A stretch of DNA of 60,887 bases, the filler included. It is 3 parts of 3 records of this genome, joined end to end, with 100 filler letters (N's around TTAATTAATTAA, not from the genome) between each part and the next. Parts side by side here need not be neighbours in the genome. Positions count along the whole stretch, not along the records: positions 1 to 31,747 come from SRR20825019_457; positions 31,848 to 54,426 come from SRR20825019_465; 1 more part is not named here. The stretch is one strand, 5' to 3'. A program made the position numbers and the translations under genes. Below the pieces are notes generated by a model. It worked only from the letters and a program-made list of their open reading frames with translations. It was not told the origin of the DNA and did no database searches. Below are positions 24,574-36,600 of this stretch, in pieces; positions within the stretch are counted from its first letter, which is position 1; each line of letters starts with the position of its first letter.

Positions 24574-25811
24574 CCCTGTTGTTGTCGGCCACGATACAAT
24601 GAAATAGTGTGCAGGGCCTTGCCGATACATATGCCAAGGGGTTGTTGTATGAAGTGTGGAAGGGAGAGTCCCGTCAAGAGCCGCGGGAAGAGTCGGGCCG
24701 GTTCAATCAGCCAAAGGCATGCCGGGTGAGCCCTGGCCACGCCCCTCGATGGGCCAGCCGGCCTGGCTCCCTACCTGCCCAGTGCCCGCTGATCACGGCA
24801 GGCCTCGTCTGGGCGAGGCCCCCTAGCTACAGAAGAGAATGTGGCGAGGCCATGGGGTGCGCCCCATAATAACGGCTTGAGGAGGATGGAGAATGAACTA
24901 GCACGTTAACCGGCCGGCAAACCTCCCGGCTCATCAGATGGGCCCGGCTGCCGGCACAGAGTCTCACTGGGGACACGGCTCCGGACAGTGATGGAGTCGC
25001 GAGCCGTTTCAAATGTGTTTTTCCTGAAGAGCATTGGTAATTAGAGGGTGGCCTCAATCCATCGCGAAACAATCGACGTCACACTGTTGTTCGCGCGTGA
25101 GCCGTTGACCGGCACACGGTTTTCCGGCAGTCCAAGTCTCGGCCGTGCTCGTGGCGGCATCCGGCGATTGAGCGCCGCCCGGCCGCCCGGTTCAGTGCCC
25201 GGTTCGGGCCGTGGCGTGCGCAGTCCGGCGAGAGTACTCGTATGCGACCGGCGGAGCCGGCTACCGGGAGGCCCGTCGTCCGTCGTCCGGCGCCCCCCCG
25301 GACAGGGCCTGAGGCCGCCGCCCCCCGGGGCGCGGAGCCGGGGGCCATGGCCCCCCCGGCCCGGCCGGGCCGGCCTGGCTTTAGTCAGTGTGACTTCCCG
25401 CGATGGTGCCCGGCCACGCACGGATTGGCCACGGAGCGCCACGGCCTGGGCTTCATGGCCGGCGAGCCGGAGCGGTTCCCCAGCTTTGGAGCAACACTGA
25501 CAGGCCGCCGACGGCAGTGCTGAGCGACAGTGACGCCGTAGTGTGCCACCATCCCCAACAGTGGAGGGTTACTGAGCCTCCAGTCGTCCGGGGTTCAATG
25601 AGGGATCAGTCGTGGGTCCGACTAGACCCGCAGTGATAGAGTTTACCCCTTAGTTGGGAGAGAGAGGCCGACTGCCATAGGGTGGCACCAATCTTGCGGA
25701 AGAACACGGCTGCGCTGCGCCTCCTCTAGGTGGCTGGACTCAGTAGAGTCTCTTATAAGTCGGAGCGGCGAAGTTCTAGTCAATTTCACGGGGTGAACGC
25801 GCGTTCTTGAA
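24574..25811. promoter_or_regulatory. Divergent promoter spacer (IQ/EF gene / ERCC6L)
   Basis: GC-rich island with 11 CAGTG/CACTG sites between 24780 and 25635, and TATAA at 25754. Confidence 0.65.
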
Positions 25812-28800
25812 ATGGCCGACGATACCCCAGCAAAGATTAGGGGTGCCTCTGATGGATGGCGCAAGAAGTCTAGTGCGCCTTCCAAGAGCCGATATGCATT
25901 CAAGCCGAATGTGGCTGTCCGTGAGAAGATTAACGAGAGTGACCTTCTACAAGGGCTGGACAGTTTTCTCATGACGGTAAAGAAGACTCATCAGGAGGTG
26001 TGTGATATGGTGGATTCCTTTGAGAAGGAGAACCACAACCCGGATACAATGGAGTCCCCCGTTCCCAAAGTGGCTGAATCTCGGGATGAGACATTGTCCC
26101 CGGCGAGCGGTATGGACAAGAATGACACCTCCGGACCACCGAAGGAGAGCGGGGAGGAGGAGCAGGGCATGACCAAGGAGGACAAGAAAAGGTTTAATCG
26201 GTACGTCCGCAACGCCAAGGAGTGCGAAGAGGCCGGCGATGTTGAGTCCGCCATCGCACTGTATGAGCAGGCGGCGGCCATCACGGATCCGGGAGGCAAG
26301 ATTGCCAAAAAGATATCGAAACTCCAGTCCAAGGGCAGGCCGAATGCCCTTGCTGAACTCGGCGGGGTGGAGTCCGTGGGTGGTTTGTGTGTTTCGTCCG
26401 AGCAACTGGAAAGCCCTGATGTCCATGGTGTCAGGAGACACGTGTCAACAGGCGAATACTTCTTCGACGGCTCGTTTGCGCTCCCCGCGGCGGTTTATGA
26501 AAAGCTTTATGGGTACCAGAGAGATGGCGTCCGGTGGCTCTATGACCTCCGTGGTAAGATTAGTGGTGGTGCCGGTGGGATACTGGGTGACGACATGGGC
26601 CTGGGCAAGACCATCCAGTGCGCCGCATTCTTGGCAGGGCTGTTCCACTCCAGATTGGTATCCAAGGTTCTTCTGGTTCTCCCGGTCTCTTTGGTCCATC
26701 ACTGGGCGGACACGCTTGGACAGTGGTGCGAGGGCGTTAAGGTCAAGATGTACTACGGCTCCTCAGTGGCAGATAGGGACCGGGCACTCAAGTCTATTGA
26801 CAAGAAGGGTGGGATATGCATAACCACCTATGGCATGGTCAACACCTCCGCGGACCGTCTGTCCTCAGTGAAGGGCCATTGGGACTATATCATCCTAGAC
26901 GAAGGGCACAAGATCAAGAACCTGAAGATCCAGTTGAACCAGCAGTTGAGCTCCATCTCCTGTGATTACCGTGTCATGCTCACGGGGACGCCAGTCCAGA
27001 ACAATCTCCTTGAAATGTGGGCACTGTTCGACTGGGCCTGCCAGAGCAGGTACCATTATTCCTTGTTGTGAAAGTATGCATCCTTACTCGTTTCTTGCAG
27101 GTTGCTCGGATCTGTACAAGACTTCCGCGACACGTTCAACACCCCAATAGTCCGTTCGAACGAGAAGGTTGCCACCTCATACGAGAAGAGACTAGGTGCG
27201 AAGAAAGCAGAGCTTTTGCGAAGGACGATAGCTCCCCACTTTCTGCGCCGGGAAAAGTCTACCACGTTCAAATCGAAGCCTTCATCTGAGGCATCTGAAA
27301 GCAGCGCAATCTCTTCAATTGTCACCCCTTCTGAAGCCGTGTCTGTGCCACAGAGCTCACTTCCGCGCAAGATAGATCTGATCGTGTGGTTGAGGTTGAG
27401 CAATGAGCAGCGTGCGATGTATGAATCATTCCTCAAGTCAGACCGGGTTCAGGTCGTGCTCAACCAGAGCAAGTCTCCCCTCGCTGCAATCACGGTCCTC
27501 AAGAAAGTATGCGACCACCCCCTTCTACTTCAAACGACCGGGGTCATTGCCCGCGAGCTGGAGGAAGAGGGTGTTCTTCCTTCATTTGAGAATGACGATG
27601 TATCTACCTCTACTGACGATCCCTCCTCCGAGGACTGCTTCGCTTCCAACCTTGCATCGACACCCATGGATCAGGTCATTGACGTGTCAAGCAAACTTGC
27701 ATTCGCTGTGATGCTGTTGGATGAATTGAAGCGGCAGGGCGACGCTGTGCTTGTTTTCAGCCAGTCCAAACGCATGTTGGATATTCTCTCCAAGGTGTTA
27801 TCTGCAAGGGACGTGAATCATTTACGAATGGACGGAACGGTGAAGTCATCTGACCGCCAGGAATCTGTGCGGCGCTTCAACTCGGATGAGAATCTGTTCT
27901 GCTTCCTCCTCACCACTCAAGTTGGCGGCCTGGGTCTGACCCTTACACGTGCCAATAGGGTGGTGATTTTAGACCCGGCATGGAACCCGTCGGTGGACAA
28001 CCAAGCTGTGGACCGCGCATATCGGATTGGCCAGAAGCGCGATGTCATTGTGTATCGTCTGATGACTTGCAGCACGGTGGAAGAGAAGATATACCAGCGA
28101 CAAGTGTTCAAGGGAGGACTGGTTCGGGCGAGCATGGACGAGACCACTCAGTATAGGTATTTCAGCAAATCTGACATGCAAGACCTGTTTACACTTGTCA
28201 ACCCGGACGCATCGGAAACACAACAGACCCTCTCGGACCTTCACGGGCGCGGATCGTATCATCCCGACGTAGACGATCATCTGAGCCGCTTGGAGAGCCA
28301 TCCCGCGGTATTTGGTCTCTCTAGTCACGATCGCCTATTTTCTATCGAAGGCGAGATCGAAGAGGTCGATGAAGAGAGCAAGGTTCGTATAGAGATGATG
28401 ACCCCCAGGGCCACTCCCGCACGCGGGAGCAAGGCAGGGGGCATGGAGCCGAGCCAGGATACCAGCATGATGGAACCGAGCCAGGATACCAGCATGATCG
28501 AGGGGCCTGACTTTGGCCATGGAGCTGATGAGGAGAATACGGATGGCCAAATGGAGGAGGATACGGATAACCAAATGGAGGAGAATACGGATGGCCAAAT
28601 GGATGAATCAGGTATTCAGCCCCCAACTTTTCTGGACTTTGGAGGCACCGATGGCCATGACTGCGGTGCTTCTCAGGATTCTAGTGATAATTTCTATTCA
28701 TTGGAGGGAGATGAACTGTCGGCCGAGCCGTCCCAAAAGTCATGTGGCTCCAGTGAAAACTCTGATCAGAGGCAAGACCCCCCCGCTCAAGGAGGAGATG

Positions 28801-29605
28801 GTGCCGTGGCGGATGACATGCAGACGGCATTGGGATCGCCATCATCAACGCGCAGCGCGGACTTGCACACCGCAGATGGATCAGAATCTGATCAGGGCGG
28901 AGAATTCGTCGAGTCTAAAAAGATGACAGAAAACGAAGGTTTTTACGGCAACGAGAACATCCCCGCGGATTCCGCCGACGAGGACGAGTTCCTTTCGGCG
29001 CATGGCTCCTCTGTAGCCGCTCTTTCCCCAAGGCCGGACCTTACATCCGCCGATGTGTTGTCTCCTACGCCTCTTGGTTCTGAGGAGGGCGAAGAGCCCT
29101 GGACGGATTGCGGGATGTCTGTAGACCGATCATCAAGTGTGGACAAGGACGATGGAGTCGACAGGAGTGTTTCTGAGTGCAATGACAATGTTGCCGAGCC
29201 AGAGCCAGAGATAGACACCGGATTTAATGACGTAGGTTGATCTTCTCCATGGGTATCCCCGTCCTCATTGTATCACAGGGTTGCCCCAGAAGCGTGTGCG
29301 AGGAGCATGCCCAGGGCGCTGAGCCGTTCAGGCCTGACCTTTGCCGGTGCTTCTTGGAAGAAGACGACATGGAGCACTACTTCAGCCTCCTCGACATGGC
29401 CAGGTATGGGTTGAATTTGTTCGCACAGCTGGCCTCAAGGGCGTGCACTGACACTGGTTGCGAATAATTCAGTTCATTCGAGGAGCTGGGGGATCTAGAC
29501 GCGGCGCTTGAATCCTGCGCAGATGCCTTGGACATTTGCAGCGATGATCCCAAGCTCCATGAGCGCACGATGCACCTCTATAAGCTTGTTAGTGGCACGG
29601 GATAG
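25812..29605 (+). CDS. ERCC6L: SNF2-family DNA translocase ERCC6L/PICH-like, 3 introns
   Basis: Helicase motifs GILGDDMGLGKT, ILDEGHKIKN, LTGTPVQNNL, FLLTTQVGGLGLTLT and DPAWNPSVDNQAVDRAYRIGQ. TPR-like segments occur at both termini (FNRYVRNAKECEEAGDVESAIALYEQA; YFSLLDMASSFEELGDLDAALESCADAL), as in PICH. Confidence 0.88.
28443..28601 (+). repeat. In-frame coding tandem repeats in the acidic tail of ERCC6L (27-bp x2 and 24-bp x3)
   Basis: MEPSQDTSM occurs twice, followed by EENTDGQM/EEDTDNQM/EENTDGQM, with near-identical DNA units. Confidence 0.9.
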
Positions 29606-29670
29606 GGAGTATTCTAATCCGTCCACGGAGATCACCTTCATAATTGAGACGGCAGTGGCGATGAATGTCT

Positions 29671-31539
29671 CTAGATGCTGTCTAGTGCCTGGGTGCGCCT
29701 TTCCCTGTTGAAGTCCAACTCTTTGGTAAACTTTTCAAACTCCACACTCATCTCCAGCCTTTTCTTCAACATCGAATTGACAACACGCTGCTGCGACAGC
29801 TCGTTCTCAAGGAGCCTCAGGTTTGCCTTCCGCTAGTTGCGGCCATGTCAGCGTAGAATCCTCAATGCTAACAGGGTAACACTTACATCTTCAAGTTCCG
29901 CCAGGTGGGTTTTTGCCCTGGACACTTCCCCCTCCGTGGAAGCGATCTCATCCGCAATCCTGTTATTCTCGTGTCGAAGCTCAGACACTTCCTGGTCGAG
30001 CTCGTTGAAGCGATCTATTCGTCACAACCATTAGATATCGCCAGCTCAAGCTGTGGGAGATCATACCTCTCACGTTTTGTAGTGCATCAAGGTCTTGGTT
30101 TTCCTTCTCCTTGAATGTCTCTAGCTCCAGTCGCACCATCTCATAAGCCAGAAACTTGTTCTCCGCAACAATCTGAGCCACTTCAAGATTGTCTTGGAGT
30201 GCTTTAATCTGTTTCCAGACGAGTTAGGAAAACGCAACCGCCTGCGCAAGCATTCCCGCACCTGCGCTGCACATTGTGACTTCATCTCATCAAACTTGTA
30301 GGCTCTCGCTGCCTGCACGTCCTCAGTCTTGTGTTGCATCTCCGTATCCACCCGTGCACGTTCGTCTAGATACGTCACCAATTGTTCTGAGAGTTCGTCA
30401 GTGTCAGGATCTCAAAGTCACATAGCGTGGCAAGAACATACGGGACCGTAAATCAGCCTCATTCGCCCGCTGTTGAAGCATGATGAGTGCCTTCTCCTTA
30501 AACCTACTAAGGTGGTCCTTCTGCCGTCGGAGCTCGTCAATCTCCTCGTCTTTGAGCTGTAAGACAAACGTCAGATCCTCGCCCCGGAACCCAGCCCAGC
30601 GTCGATACCACGCACCATGAGTATATGTGACGGCTTCCAATCCTCCACCTGCAGCACCACATCCATCTTGGACCTCCCAAGCCCGGTCTCCTCGGTCCGA
30701 TATGCCACACCGGGTGATATCCCAAAGTCCTGATCCATGAGAAACGATGTTCGGTTGTTTTTGGCTATGGGCGTTCCGATTCCTGGTTTTCCAGTGGACG
30801 ACGTCTTCACTTTGAAGGATTTGTCGCTCCAGCCCTCCCTCCACGCATTGACCAGGCCCTCTGTAACGATGTTGCACAGACCATTGTCAACCATCATGTT
30901 CTCGGACCCGTCACCCTCTCCGTCCTTCTGCTCTACAAGCCGCATAGTGAGGTGCACCTGCACAGCCGAGGACGGCCGGATCACCTCGGGGGGTTCGCCA
31001 GCTTGCTCCATGTTCCTACTGTCAAGTGTGTACCAGCGGTCTATCTCCTCAGAATCTTCCTCGACGTGCAGCAACGACCTCAACGGCACCCGGCACTGCC
31101 CGACGACATCATACGGCCCCCCCGGTGGACCCGCTTTGAGGGTCACCCCTATGAACGATGTCTCAAAGTACCCCAGCTCATGGAACACATGTGACTCATT
31201 CCACACGTGACCCGCCACGGCATTCTTCACCGTGGCCACCGAAGTTTTCCATTTTGTCTTTTTGCTGCCGTTGACGTTTAGCGATACGTAAATGTCCTTG
31301 CGACTGCTGATATTCGAGACCTCCACTACAGTAACACCGACAGCAGCACTCCCGGCTGTTTTGCCGAGCGCACTGGCAAGAGACCCCGCCGAGCCGCGGC
31401 GGGTTAACGTGGAACCTTGCCGGGTGAGGCTGGCGTTGGAGTCACGGCGGCTGATCTGGGAGTCCCTGCGGGGGGGCTGGGAGCCAGTGTAAGGGCGCAG
31501 GGAGGAAGGAGTGTGCGGGGAGAGCATGGGCGATGACAT
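29671..31539 (-). CDS. C2-domain protein with C-terminal coiled coil, several introns
   Basis: C2-like segment VTVVEVSN...DIYVSLNVNG...KWKTSV...WNESHVF...VGQCRVPLRSL...DRWYTL. Downstream exons are coiled-coil and end RTQALDSI* at 29671. Confidence 0.75.
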
Positions 31540-31747
31540 GCTTGCCCTTGAGCAACAGCTCGTCTATGGGGCGCCAGGTGGTGAGCTATATACTGGGCAT
31601 CGACCGGCCACCACCAGGAGAGCCACCTGATGACGTTGGGCCGGGCCTCTAAGTGAGCGGCCGGCGGGCAGCGCCCGAGGATCGCCGGCCGCCGGGCTGC
31701 CCCGGCAGCCAGCGAGTTCCGGCGGGGGGGGGGGGGGGGGGGGGGGG

Positions 31748-31847
31748 NNNNNNNNNNNNNNNNNNNNNNNNNNNNNNNNNNNNNNNNNNNNTTAATTAAT
31801 TAANNNNNNNNNNNNNNNNNNNNNNNNNNNNNNNNNNNNNNNNNNNN
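31748..31847. other. Artificial contig linker
   Basis: N44-TTAATTAATTAA-N44, exactly 100 bp, with stops in all six frames. Identical to 54427-54526. Confidence 0.99.
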
Positions 31848-31941
31848 GAGGTGTTACCTGGTGGGATGGGTGGGGTGATGAACCCAACATCGTTGTGCTA
31901 CTGGACACCCCTCTATACACTGATGAGTAATAAGCCCCCAT
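31848..31941 (-). CDS. Possible 5' fragment of a gene cut by the contig edge (MGAYYS, N-myristoylation-like start)
   Basis: ATG at 31941 is preceded by a pyrimidine tract and AG, and the frame is open to the contig end. It is on the same strand as all neighbours. Confidence 0.4.
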
Positions 31942-32107
31942 AACGAACTCTGAAACGATAACGCTCCTTGAAAAGCAAGAAACAAAAAATATACAATGCC
32001 CCACATAGTAATAAAATTATATTTACACAACAGTATAAATATTAAAGATTGATAAGGATAGAAGGTTCTTATATCTATGTGCGTCTCGTATCATATACAT
32101 AGTGTAG

Positions 32108-32332
32108 TCAGGCCCTTACCATCAACACTAACATCGAATCGGGCTCGATACCCGAGGACTCAACCGTCTTTAAATCCGAAAGCACACGACCAGCGTATAT
32201 CAGGTGGCGTTGTCTATCCACATCAATACCGTGGGTGTCGTGTATCTTGTACTTTACGTTTTCGATTGTATCATCCTTTTCCACTTCGAGTGGGAAGCTG
32301 ACACCACTTAGTGTTTGTATTTGTAATTGCAT
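32108..32332 (-). CDS. Stand-alone ubiquitin-like protein (74 aa) without C-terminal di-Gly
   Basis: MQLQIQTLSG...LEVEKDDTIENVKYKI...GIDVDRQRHLIYAGRVL...aligns with ubiquitin and ends LMVRA*. Confidence 0.85.
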   Translation of the reverse strand: MQLQIQTLSGVSFPLEVEKDDTIENVKYKIHDTHGIDVDRQRHLIYAGRVLSDLKTVESSGIEPDSMLVLMVRA

Positions 32333-32548
32333 GAGTGCAGGACTACTGATTAGCGCTGGAGAGATCATCAATGGGAATGGTGAGGAAAGTAAGGATGAGG
32401 AGAATGTTAAGATATGATTATAATTTCAACATTAAAACGCGAAAAGTGTTCAAATGGAGCTAAAATAATACAATTTTGTGTGAATCGAATCTTGATGGAA
32501 AACACAGAAATAATTGTAGTAAAGTCTACAGTAATATGTAAACACATG

Positions 32549-33433
32549 TTATCGTCGCCTAGCCGCCATCATCGAGGCCAGCTTAGCCTCCAACGCCGCA
32601 ACCTCGTCGTCATCTTCCTTTGCCTGTTGCTCTAGGTGGGCCTCGTACCGTGCTCGCACCCCATTGCGGATCTCCTGAAGTACAGGATCGCTACTAGTGT
32701 ACATAGCCTCATCCATCTCGGCAAAGCCCTTCTCTCGGACCGCCTCCCGCTCCCTTCTAGTCTGCTCCCTCACCTCAGACTCCTCCTTCAACAATCGATC
32801 GAGTCGTGCCTCCTCTGCCACCTTCCTATCTAAAAGGGTTTGTTGGTAATGGTGTTCAATGTTGTAGACGAGAGATAACAGGATGCCTCTACACAATGAC
32901 TCCACCTCTATGACCCGCTGCATCACGGCATCGGATTGCCGTAGCTTTTCTAGTTCAGCATTTCGTTCATCCCGTGCAGCACGTCTCTCAGCCTCCTTAG
33001 CCTCCAACACCCTCCTGTATTCCCTATCATCTCCATTGGCCCGTTTCCCTAGCGCTTCGGAGACGTTACCAAGCCTCCCCTCGAGCTCCTGTAACCGCCT
33101 CTCCATATCATCCATATCCCTATCATCGGCAGCATCGATATGCTGATAGTCACTCTCGGCTGCCCCCTTGTAGGCTGGCCGATTATTATTATCACGACCG
33201 TCCTCAGATATTGACATCATCTCCTCTGGGGTTGGTGCGTGTGGTTGTTGGGGTGTACGAATGTGCACCTCCTTCTCCTCCCTCGCCTCGACGCTTTGGC
33301 CGTAGACATAGCGTGGGGCGGCAGTGGTGGTAGTAGCGTCGTTGTTGTTATTGGTAGGAGAGTTAGGACCCCCATGTAGGGAAGAGATGGTTCGAGGAAT
33401 TCGTTTAACGGTGGTATCGTGTTCGCGGTCCAT
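32549..33433 (-). CDS. Hypothetical coiled-coil protein
   Basis: Intronless E/R/A-rich ORF. The likely start is MDREH at 33433; the upstream in-frame part looks like AT-rich UTR. Confidence 0.75.
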   Translation of the reverse strand: MDREHDTTVKRIPRTISSLHGGPNSPTNNNNDATTTTAAPRYVYGQSVEAREEKEVHIRTPQQPHAPTPEEMMSISEDGRDNNNRPAYKGAAESDYQHIDAADDRDMDDMERRLQELEGRLGNVSEALGKRANGDDREYRRVLEAKEAERRAARDERNAELEKLRQSDAVMQRVIEVESLCRGILLSLVYNIEHHYQQTLLDRKVAEEARLDRLLKEESEVREQTRREREAVREKGFAEMDEAMYTSSDPVLQEIRNGVRARYEAHLEQQAKEDDDEVAALEAKLASMMAARRR

Positions 33434-33651
33434 TTTAAAAGTGTGTGAAACTGGAAAATAATAATATTGATATTGAATCTTTTTTAGAAGATGGAGAAAT
33501 AATAGAAACACATACATTCAAAGGCAATCCCATAACTCCAATCAGTGAAACAAAAGTGTAGAAAATTTGAAAGAAGTGTACAAAGTAGGGAAATGGTAAT
33601 CCAATTACATAGAAAGATAATGTGTGGGGATGATGATGGTTCCCTGTACTA

Positions 33652-36600
33652 CTACCAGGGGGGACTAGTAAGTGCGGCGGTAATATCATCACCAAATTCA
33701 TCGTCCATCGAAAAGGAGGAGATATCATCATTCCTTTCGTCAAAGTCGTGGCCTTCTGAGGTGGGAGACAGTTGTGGTGAGCTAGTAGTAGCGGGGTTGG
33801 GGTCGACTCTCGTTCCTGGTACATCCTCCCCCTCCTCATCGGTGTAGCTATCCTCGTCAGACCACGTCGCCATCCACTTCCTAAATGCTCTCTGAATGGT
33901 AGTAGCGCACCGTCTCTGTAGGTCTAGGTTAGAGGCACTTAGCATGTTAAGCACCTCTAGGTATCGCCTCTCGGCATCCACTATGGTGGCCTTGAGACGC
34001 TTTGAAGAAGTGGCTACAGAGTACACTGGGGAGGAGGGGGATGATGGTGTTGCGTTGGGCTGTTCTTGATTGTGATTGTGGTTCTCTGGTGACTCGTCGT
34101 CGACATCATCTTCCTGTTCCATATGCCGCATCTCGTCCGATACGAATGTATTAACCAACGACATGAAGGGGTCCTCCGGTGCCTTAGCGGTACTATCCTT
34201 GATCGACCTAGGGGTGGTGATGACGGTAAGATCCCGTAGCTGGGCCGGGGAGCGCAGGAATATGTTGGGGGTTAGTTGGTGGGCATAGGACCTGATGAGG
34301 GCGTAGTCTTGCCTGTCGTTGAAGGTAGGGGATAGCAGAGGAGAGCAGGCAGTGTCTCCCTTTGGGGTGGGTTGTGCCCTCATCGTACCCTCCACCTTGG
34401 GAGGGGCCGATGCTGCTGATGGTGTCGACTTCACAGTAGTATCTTCATTGGCCGTTGTCTTGATATCGACGATGGTATTGGTGGGAGTTGATAGCATACG
34501 TGAGGCAGCGGGAATACGACCTGTGCGAATCACCAACGCACTCGCTCGTAGGAACTCGGACCTTGCTTGGGCCTCCTCCTTTAGGGCGTCCATAGATGGT
34601 GATAATGTTGATGAACTGCGGGCCTCATCGAACCGTAAAAGTTTCAGCTCCACGCCCATCTTTATGGCATCGATGCCTAGTGACAATGCACGGGCCTGGA
34701 GGGTACTTTGATATGTACGAGGGACGACTCCTCCCTCGGAGTCAAATACATGGGTTGGGCGGTAGCTGTCGTACACAGCATCCCTATCACGTTTTACCCC
34801 CTGTAGGAGCTGGTCATAGAAGGCTTTCCTACCCGCCTCAGCATGTAGCAATACGGCAAGGTCCTCACCACCACCACCACCACACCCCTGACCTGACAGC
34901 AATACATTAGTGGCAGCGGAGCTAATATTGGGGTTATTGGACACCCTCTCTCGGGCCCGGAAGAGGTCTAGGGGCATTCCCTCCAACTCATCCAGCTTCC
35001 TTCTACACACAGCATTTAGATGTGCGGCTGCAGAGGAGGGACGAGCCTGGGGGGTTGCTGGTGTTGCTGATGTTGTAATCCGTACCGGGGTAGAAGTAGT
35101 GGATGTGGGGAACCCATGGGATGTCTTGGGGGGCTGATGTTGTTGGGGGGACGTTGAAGTAGTGCCTATTGCACGATTAGCTGGGGCAGATGACACTCGA
35201 GACGGGAGCCTCTTTTGTAACACAAACCGGGACTGTGGTGGTGGTACAACATTTGTGGTGTTAGTGGATGCCTTACTACTACCATGTGGAGCAGTACGTG
35301 GGGGTGAGAGAGGGGAGGCATCGTGCGCCGAGAGGGGTCCTCCTCGTCCTGGAAGTTGTTGTTCCGAAGACGAGTTAATGTCGACGGAGCCGATAGACAG
35401 GTCACCCACCTTCCTATCACTTCCACCACCATCACTATCATCTACTAACGCCAATACCTCTAGAGCACTCCCTCTCATAAACCCACTCATATCGTTCCCA
35501 TCGGTATGTTGGAATTGTAATGAGGAGGTAGAGTTCATAGCAGGAGCAGTAGCAGCATCAATGGTGGTGGTGGTATCGATGGGGCTGCGTCCCATTAACT
35601 GTGGCACAGATCGATAAGTTGGGGCGGCGTTGTTACCGGAGCTACTGGTAGGGCGGCCCTTGTTGGTAGGAGGAGGAGGGGAGTAGTCATCTGTGGCGAA
35701 TCGAACATTCTTTTGCGTGCCAGTGGATTGTGGACGTGGTGGTAGACCACTACTATGAGGCTTCACAGTGGTGTTTGAGATTGCGTATTCCTCTTCATCC
35801 ATGCCGTCCAATCGAATCGAGTTCACCACCGCCCCACTAACACCACTCATAGCAGTTCCGCGTGATGGGTGTGCAGAAACACGTGCAGAGGAGGTGGCTG
35901 GTCGTGGGGGCTTTTGTGCGGAGGAAGAGCTCCCTAGACGCCCACTGGACTTCGGGCGACCTGAAGAGGTATTCGGGGTAGGCGGTAATGAAGTGGTAGT
36001 AGTGGTGGTGGTGTCGTCAGTATTGTGCCAGTAGCCCCTAGAATTGGGGCGGGTAGCGGCCTCTCGAGACTTCTCCAAATCCTCTAGTTTCTTCATTGCA
36101 CTCCAGTTTCGCCAATATGTCGATGTAACCCGGCCATCGGCACTCCACGGCCGTGTTATTTTCTTCGGAGCCTTGTTCACGCGCATCGAACGGGTGTTGT
36201 CTGTTCCACCAGCAGTAGCTGTAGTGTGAGTTGGGGAAGGTGGTACAACAACCCTTGCTGCACTGCTTTGGGGGCGGTGTCGAGAGCTGACAGGCATGGG
36301 TGGTGGCGGTGCATGGTGATGTGAGGTTAAAGAGGGGGATAGTCTTCCTCCCTCAGCCCCCAGCGCACTTCGCATGGGAGGTAGCCTGCCACGCTCCTGT
36401 AGGCGGGCTTGCTTTGGCGTTGGTGTTTTGATAGAGGAGGATGGGGGACGTATGTGGGAGAGGTCAGAGGCGGACAGATGCTGGGGGATGAGGATGCTAC
36501 TCCTATATTCTACCGTAGGAGAAGCAACAATACCCACCACACCACCACCATCGTTGCAATCACTGCTAAAGACATCACGACGGGTCATCATTGTACCCCT

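Noticed and set aside
1-31747. Contig 1 as a telomere-capped mini-chromosome (C-run start, G-run end)
   Set aside because: The ends are pure homopolymers with no telomeric unit, and contig 3 has the reverse orientation. Assembly breaks explain both better.
31792-31803. TTAATTAATTAA palindrome as a biological element (e.g. piggyBac TTAA site)
   Set aside because: It is centred in N runs and repeated identically at 54471-54482, so it is an artificial six-frame stop linker.
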